The notes under the pieces: generated by a model
Seen by the model: the letters and a program-made list of their open reading frames with translations, nothing else
Databases searched by the model: none
Told to the model about the DNA's origin: nothing
Made by a program: the position numbers and the translations under genes
Shown here: piece after piece, positions 34,857 to 40,329 of the stretch
Layout of the letters: the number at the start of each line of letters is the position of its first letter
Position numbering within the stretch: position 1 is the first letter of the stretch
NCBI GenBank assembly: GCA_032718475.1
Contig: JAUCBJ010006623.1
Coordinates: forward strand, 1-40,329
Length of the DNA stretch: 40,329 bases
Origin: Nemertoderma westbladi
Taxonomy: Eukaryota; Animalia; Xenacoelomorpha
Direction: 5' to 3'

Positions 34857-36183
34857 GTTTGCATAATTAATTTATCTTCTTTCTTAATTATATATAAGTT
34901 CATATTAACATCAAAATAAACCGGAATATTTTAGGAATTAAGGAACTTTCTGATTCGGATTATTTCCCTATAATTAATATTGTTAATGAATCATCTGCAT
35001 AATTTATCACGTACGAAGTTTATGTATCATTAACTGTCCTTTGAGTGTATGGATGCTATCGCAGCACGATGGCCTCCCTGCTATACAGGTAAAGGCGACC
35101 CTTCTGGTTGTCTCAGAGTTGTCTATTGGTGTTTTAGAACCACCATAAATTTTACTTTAATTTAAGCATGTATGACTGTTTTTATTCTTTATTAATATTA
35201 TCCACTCCTTTAGATTTAATTTTATAATATTTATTTACATGAATAAATTAATTGTTTGGTTGATATTTAAGCAAAGTAAAATCAATACATGTGATTTACA
35301 TTAAATTAACTTATAATTATATTCTACCGTTATCTACATCTCGCTGTCACTGGTCTTAGGTTGTACTGGTTGTACTCCGCTCGGCCCTTTTGTGTTTTAG
35401 CCTGACCCTAAGAGAGTAACGCGTTATAAGTTATATCAAATCTCGTCAAACATTCCTAATGCTTATGGTTATTGACATAAAAACAGTCTGTGTCAAAACC
35501 CAAATTATTACATATTGATTGACAGATGAGGTGGGTAATTATTATACCCACTAACCGACTAAGAGGGCAGGCAACCAGTAGCCTAGCTAGCTAGGCACAC
35601 AGACGTTACACAGCACATTCACTGCGGCATACCCAGTGCTGCTGAATATTTAATAGGTCGATTTCTCGAGTTTATGTGAACAACAGCCTAAAGTTGACTT
35701 CGTGAAATATTTATAATTCCCGCATCATAAATCTTTTGTGTGACGGCTTCAGGGCCCAGGTTGTGAACTAGGCGCCATTTATCACTGATAACTCGAACAA
35801 TCAACCCATCATTCCGTCAGCTAACATCCCCCAGGTAAATTATTCTTGTTTCTTAGTCGGTGCTGACAACAACCTGCCCATCGCAGCGCCGCTCCTGACA
35901 CTCCAGATGGAGGTTATAAATTAAAATAATCATGGCGGTAATATTTCTCGATCAAATGATATTCTCTCTAACTTCAGATGAAGACAAATATCAATAAATT
36001 AATATTTATTGAAGCCAAGCAAGTTATTATTGAAATTATAATAGCATATTAATGATAGCATATTAATTAAATTTGAACTTTGAAAGAACAAATGAATTGG
36101 TACGCACAGGCATTCAACAGCGATAACATAATGGATATTTTAAAAATGGAATGATTTAAGGGTATTTATTAATTAATTAACAA

Positions 36184-36249
36184 GGGGTGCGGGTGCTAGG
36201 GGAGGGAGGGTGGTAGACATAGAGGAAGGGGGGGGGGGGGGGGGGGGGG
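36184..36249 (+). repeat. G-rich tract with 22-nt poly(G), potential G-quadruplex
   Basis: GGGGTGCGGGTGCTAGGGGAGGGAGGG at 36184-36210 and G22 at 36228-36249. Confidence 0.75.
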
Positions 36250-38624
36250 TGGTCGGTATAGAAACGTAGGAATAGAAAAGCCAGCAGCAATAGAGGAAAA
36301 TCAGCCTCTCCCACCTCTCTTGATACTCCCTAAATACTTACGCAAATATCGCATTACTGTATTAGTACATAGAACCACACTCATGTCTACCAGTCCATGT
36401 TACTAGGTTTGTCTTAGTAGTAGTCTCAAATTTCCTGCCTTGTAACGTCAGTTTGCGGTGTCTTAATTAACTCTTAATAATTTCATCATTAAGATTATTT
36501 GTTTTATAATAATTAATATCTTATTTATATTATTAAAAAAAACAAATAAGCAATAATCATATATATTATTACATTATCAGTACTTTAATAGGTACACAGG
36601 GAATATCCATCGATTCTGTACACCAAATATGCATCCCAAACATCATAAACCTAATACAGTAGGTTATTAACATTATTAATATTATTACTGTTCTGAAATT
36701 ACGCAATAATTAATTTTACCCATAACAACTATTAATGTACTGTACCAACATACAGCACCACAAGTTTGCTGGCTAGGGCGTATAACTATGCGTTTTAATT
36801 ATGAAATATAACAATATATTTATGGCATATAGCTGTTTATACTATTAATATATTTACATAATAATAAATATTATTATTATTTAGTATAATATATTAAAGA
36901 TTCAATACTAAATTGTGAATTTAATTTCTTCAATTAATAAAATAATTTCTGCTCATGGCAATATACAGTAGGACCACAAATAATTAATACATGGGCATAC
37001 ATTTAAACCAATACGACGTCATAAATGTTAACACAAACTGAATATAGGCACAGGTTATAAGTCAATCGATAGACAATAACAAAATTAAAAAGCATTAAAT
37101 AACGCGGTGGTGTGGAATCCCTACCCGGATGCGGTTTGGATGAAACGAAGACATGAAAGTTAAAAAGTCAACGAACCAAAGCGTGTCTGGTCGACTGATG
37201 GACACCGAACCACTCGCGAATTTAAACTGGGGATCCCAACTCGCTCCAGAACGCAACCCTTAATAACTCATCGCTTGCTGTTGCACTGAATTGCTCTACC
37301 GCAGTTGACCCACGAAAGTTTTGCACTTTGTATTTCAGTATTTCATGCCGCTGATTCTAGAGCATAAGATTTCATCTGGTAAACGTTGCAATTTCCAGAA
37401 ACCACGCACTGTAATCGTACCGATACCACAAAGTCTCTTTAGTTTCACATGCATGTTTGCTTTTAGCGAAGTCCTGTAGTTTTCCCACTGGATTCGAGCA
37501 GTAGGTGCACTTTTGCATCTTTCAGCATTGCGTCGGAGAAACGATGCGAAGAGCCGGAAGTCGCGATGATAGAGTTCCGGTACGACCCTCTCTCGACCTT
37601 GGCCGTCGAGAGATATGCGAGAATGTTATCGCAAACGTGCTGGCACCCAGTCCGCCAGTTTGTGTCATCAACGTTGAAGACTCAGCAGTCATCTATATGC
37701 AGAAGGAGACGATTCATTAGGATAAGCTACAAGTGATCCCCACCTCATAGGGATCCTCGGATATAAGGATTACAGGATTACAACTTCCGAACTTGAAGTT
37801 TAGAACTGCAGTAGGCCTATCAGCCTATAATGCAGGCAGATTGTCTCATCAGTTCACTAAAATCCTGAGGTTATTAGCCAAATGGGTGAATGTGGCTTGG
37901 TTAGGCCTACTGAAAGAACATGAGAAAACAAAAATGCTAGGCCTAGTACAATCACAATATTAGGCTCACTAAAAGATAACAAATAATAAATGAAATAGGC
38001 CTAAATTTAATTATACAACAACCGTCAGACCATACCTGCTGCCTGCATACAGCCGTACCAAACCTGATAACATGCAGAGAAGCATAGAATACAAGTGAAA
38101 TGTATAGTAGGCAGGTAGGCCTACTGTCAGACTGTAGTAAGGCCTGTGAAAGTACGGGCGGTGGTACGCTACTGCTGTACTGCAGTACTGCAGCAGGCGT
38201 CCCAGTGGAGGGGCAGACCGGTATATAAAATCCAACACTACCAATAATTGCTACACAGCCAGCTGTGAGTTCATTATTCTTGCCAAAGGCGCCTTGTCCC
38301 TGCCTCACACTACAAAAAATGTTGCCGTCGCTAGGATACAAATTATATGTTATTGGCTAGAGCTGTACCATTGGTTGGCTTTGGCTATGTGTTTGATGTA
38401 GGCCATCATGTTATGATATTCAATAGGATTGATGGAGGGAATTTCAAAATGGTCAAATAATACAACAATAATGAAATTTTTAATATGATGTGCAATTATA
38501 AAAAATCGCTGTAACTCTGGTGCAACACGACCGTATTCGATGAAATTTTCATTGTTACGTAGGGAAATTAATTCGTCTACAATTGCTATACTCAATATAT
38601 TTATAATCGGTGTGATTTTTAAAC

Positions 38625-40300
38625 TATAAGAGTTTAAGAGCCGGGAATTGCCAAATTGTGGCTACGTATGCCAGATTTGACCACAAAATTGACCAGGTTC
38701 GTGCAACTCTTGAAAATTTTGGAATATGTCAATTTTGTTCTACTATCATGTTCTATAAATGACCAAAGTTAAAAAAAATATAATTCCTAGGAAGTTGTTT
38801 TATTTTTGATAAATATGTAATTTTATGGTGAAAATTGGTTAATTTTGTTAAAAATGAGTGAAAATTTGACGGTTTGGAGTAAAATTGGGTGGGTTGGGCC
38901 AACTCATATAAATTGTTGCCAGTGTCATTTTTCTTATCCTAAAACGTTCTTTAATTGAGCACAGTTTTAGAAAATATAATTCCTAGGAAGTTCTTAAACT
39001 AAAGCTCAGACTTTCAAAAAGACAGTCATTTAACGGACTTTTTTTTATTTGTCTGTCATACCTACACACAACGTCGAAATCGAAAATGGCGTACATATTC
39101 GGATTCAGCACACCAAAATGTACCTATATAGTATATTTAGAAGTAATCTGAGGCTAAAATAAAAAAAAATGAAAAAATGAAAAAAAATTTCGCCAAAATT
39201 TGCAAAATTTCGAAAAATACTTAACTTGCTCAGATTTTCATGAAATTTGGTACGGATGTGCCCAAAGCAATTCTAAGAAACTAATTTGAAGGATTTACAG
39301 AAAAATGGAATTTAAGCCGATATATGGCATTTTGAGTGCCTAATTTTAGGCTAAATTTCAAGAAAATACAGATTTCCTAAGTTTGGCCCTTATTTACTAC
39401 AAGAAGCAAAGACTTTTTGTATTAACATTAAATGGATAAAATGTAGAGCTATCTTATCCATCTGTGATGTAAAAGTTTCAGAAAAATATAAGCAGACAAT
39501 TCGGAGAAAACCACTTTCTACCAAAACCTATTTTGTCAACTTCCAAAATTACCATTTTTCGGCCCCAATTTCCGGCCCTTAATATTCAGGCAATGCACAA
39601 TATCAATAATAGTAATGGAACTCCCATCTTCCCTCTATATTACGCAAGTGGAACGGTTTCGTTCTAATTAAAAGGTACAGAGTTATAACGATTTAAAAAT
39701 TGTCAAAAATATCCAAATTTGGCCCAAAATTGGCCAAACGTTGAATTATTGGCATACTGTTTAATATTTTTGGCCAATATTTTGACCCGATGAACAACTG
39801 TACTGGATATGTATTCGGTATGAGTTTCAATCGAAATGGCCAAACTGCTTTGGTGATAGCGACAAAACAACGTAAAAATTTACCATCGGGATATTTTTTG
39901 GGTAAAATTAAAATGTGGCCAAAATGGCCAAATTTGGCTAAACGAAATTTTTTAATGAAACTTGCAAATTTATCTGCGCACAAAGTCTCCGGAGAACATT
40001 TGAAGATTTCAGTCACCTTCATTCCGAATTTCACCATTTAGTGCTAGAAGTTTCCAAATTGGGGCAAAAATCCACTTTTGGTTGCCAATTTGGAAATGTT
40101 GGGGGACTAAATTGAAAAAACAAAAGCGTACAAAATTCTTAGAATAGCAAAAACTACAAACGTGGCAAATTTCAGAGAATATAATTCCTAGGAAATCGTA
40201 AAACGCTCCGAGTAAGCTTCACTTTCTATATACTAATGTTGGAACGCCTACGCCCGGTGTGGGAGAATCCTCACGAAGGATCCTCCCACGTTGTGTTGTT
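38625..40300. mobile_element. Probable non-autonomous DNA element (Helitron/Helentron-like) in the NR5A intron
   Basis: Compositionally distinct AAATTT/GGCCAA-rich block; AATATAATTCCTAGGAA repeated at 38777, 38973 and 40178; GC-rich terminal hairpin 40259-40289 followed by a T-rich end. Left boundary approximate. Confidence 0.5.
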
Positions 40301-40329
40301 TTTAGGTTTACATAAGAACCGCATATCCA

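Noticed and set aside
37594-37602. NR5A autoregulatory site (CCAAGGTCG on the minus strand)
   Set aside because: A single degenerate 9-mer is expected by chance in 40 kb; no supporting cluster.
39693-40041. Overlapping 114-aa and 83-aa ORFs
   Set aside because: Low-complexity K/F/N-rich translations within a probable non-coding repeat; no transposase or NR5A motifs.

Overview
AT-rich animal (probably invertebrate) genomic DNA, not prokaryotic. It opens with a complete, apparently very young Ty3/Gypsy LTR retrotransposon of Mag-like type (1-5680: identical 195-bp LTRs, PBS, one intact 1572-aa gag-pol ORF, PPT). Next come about 2.2 kb that look like an older minus-strand LTR/promoter remnant, abutting a 12.8-kb satellite of a doubly palindromic 52-bp unit (7860-20686). 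The rest is the 5' part of a plus-strand NR5A/FTZ-F1 nuclear receptor gene (coding exons 32901-33104 and 34670-34856; later exons not found in the window). It is interleaved with LINE fragments, a tRNA-derived SINE-like piece, tiny palindromic MITEs with target-site duplications, a probable Helitron/Helentron-like element and four minisatellites (48, 45, 41, 54 bp). The most unusual observation is that three sense-strand minisatellites each amplify a splice signal: a donor (41 bp x11), a TACTAAC branch point plus decoy acceptor filling a whole coding intron (54 bp x about 28), and an acceptor-like site (48 bp x about 32). The long ORFs over the minisatellites are treated as artefacts. All calls were made by eye; no database search was run.
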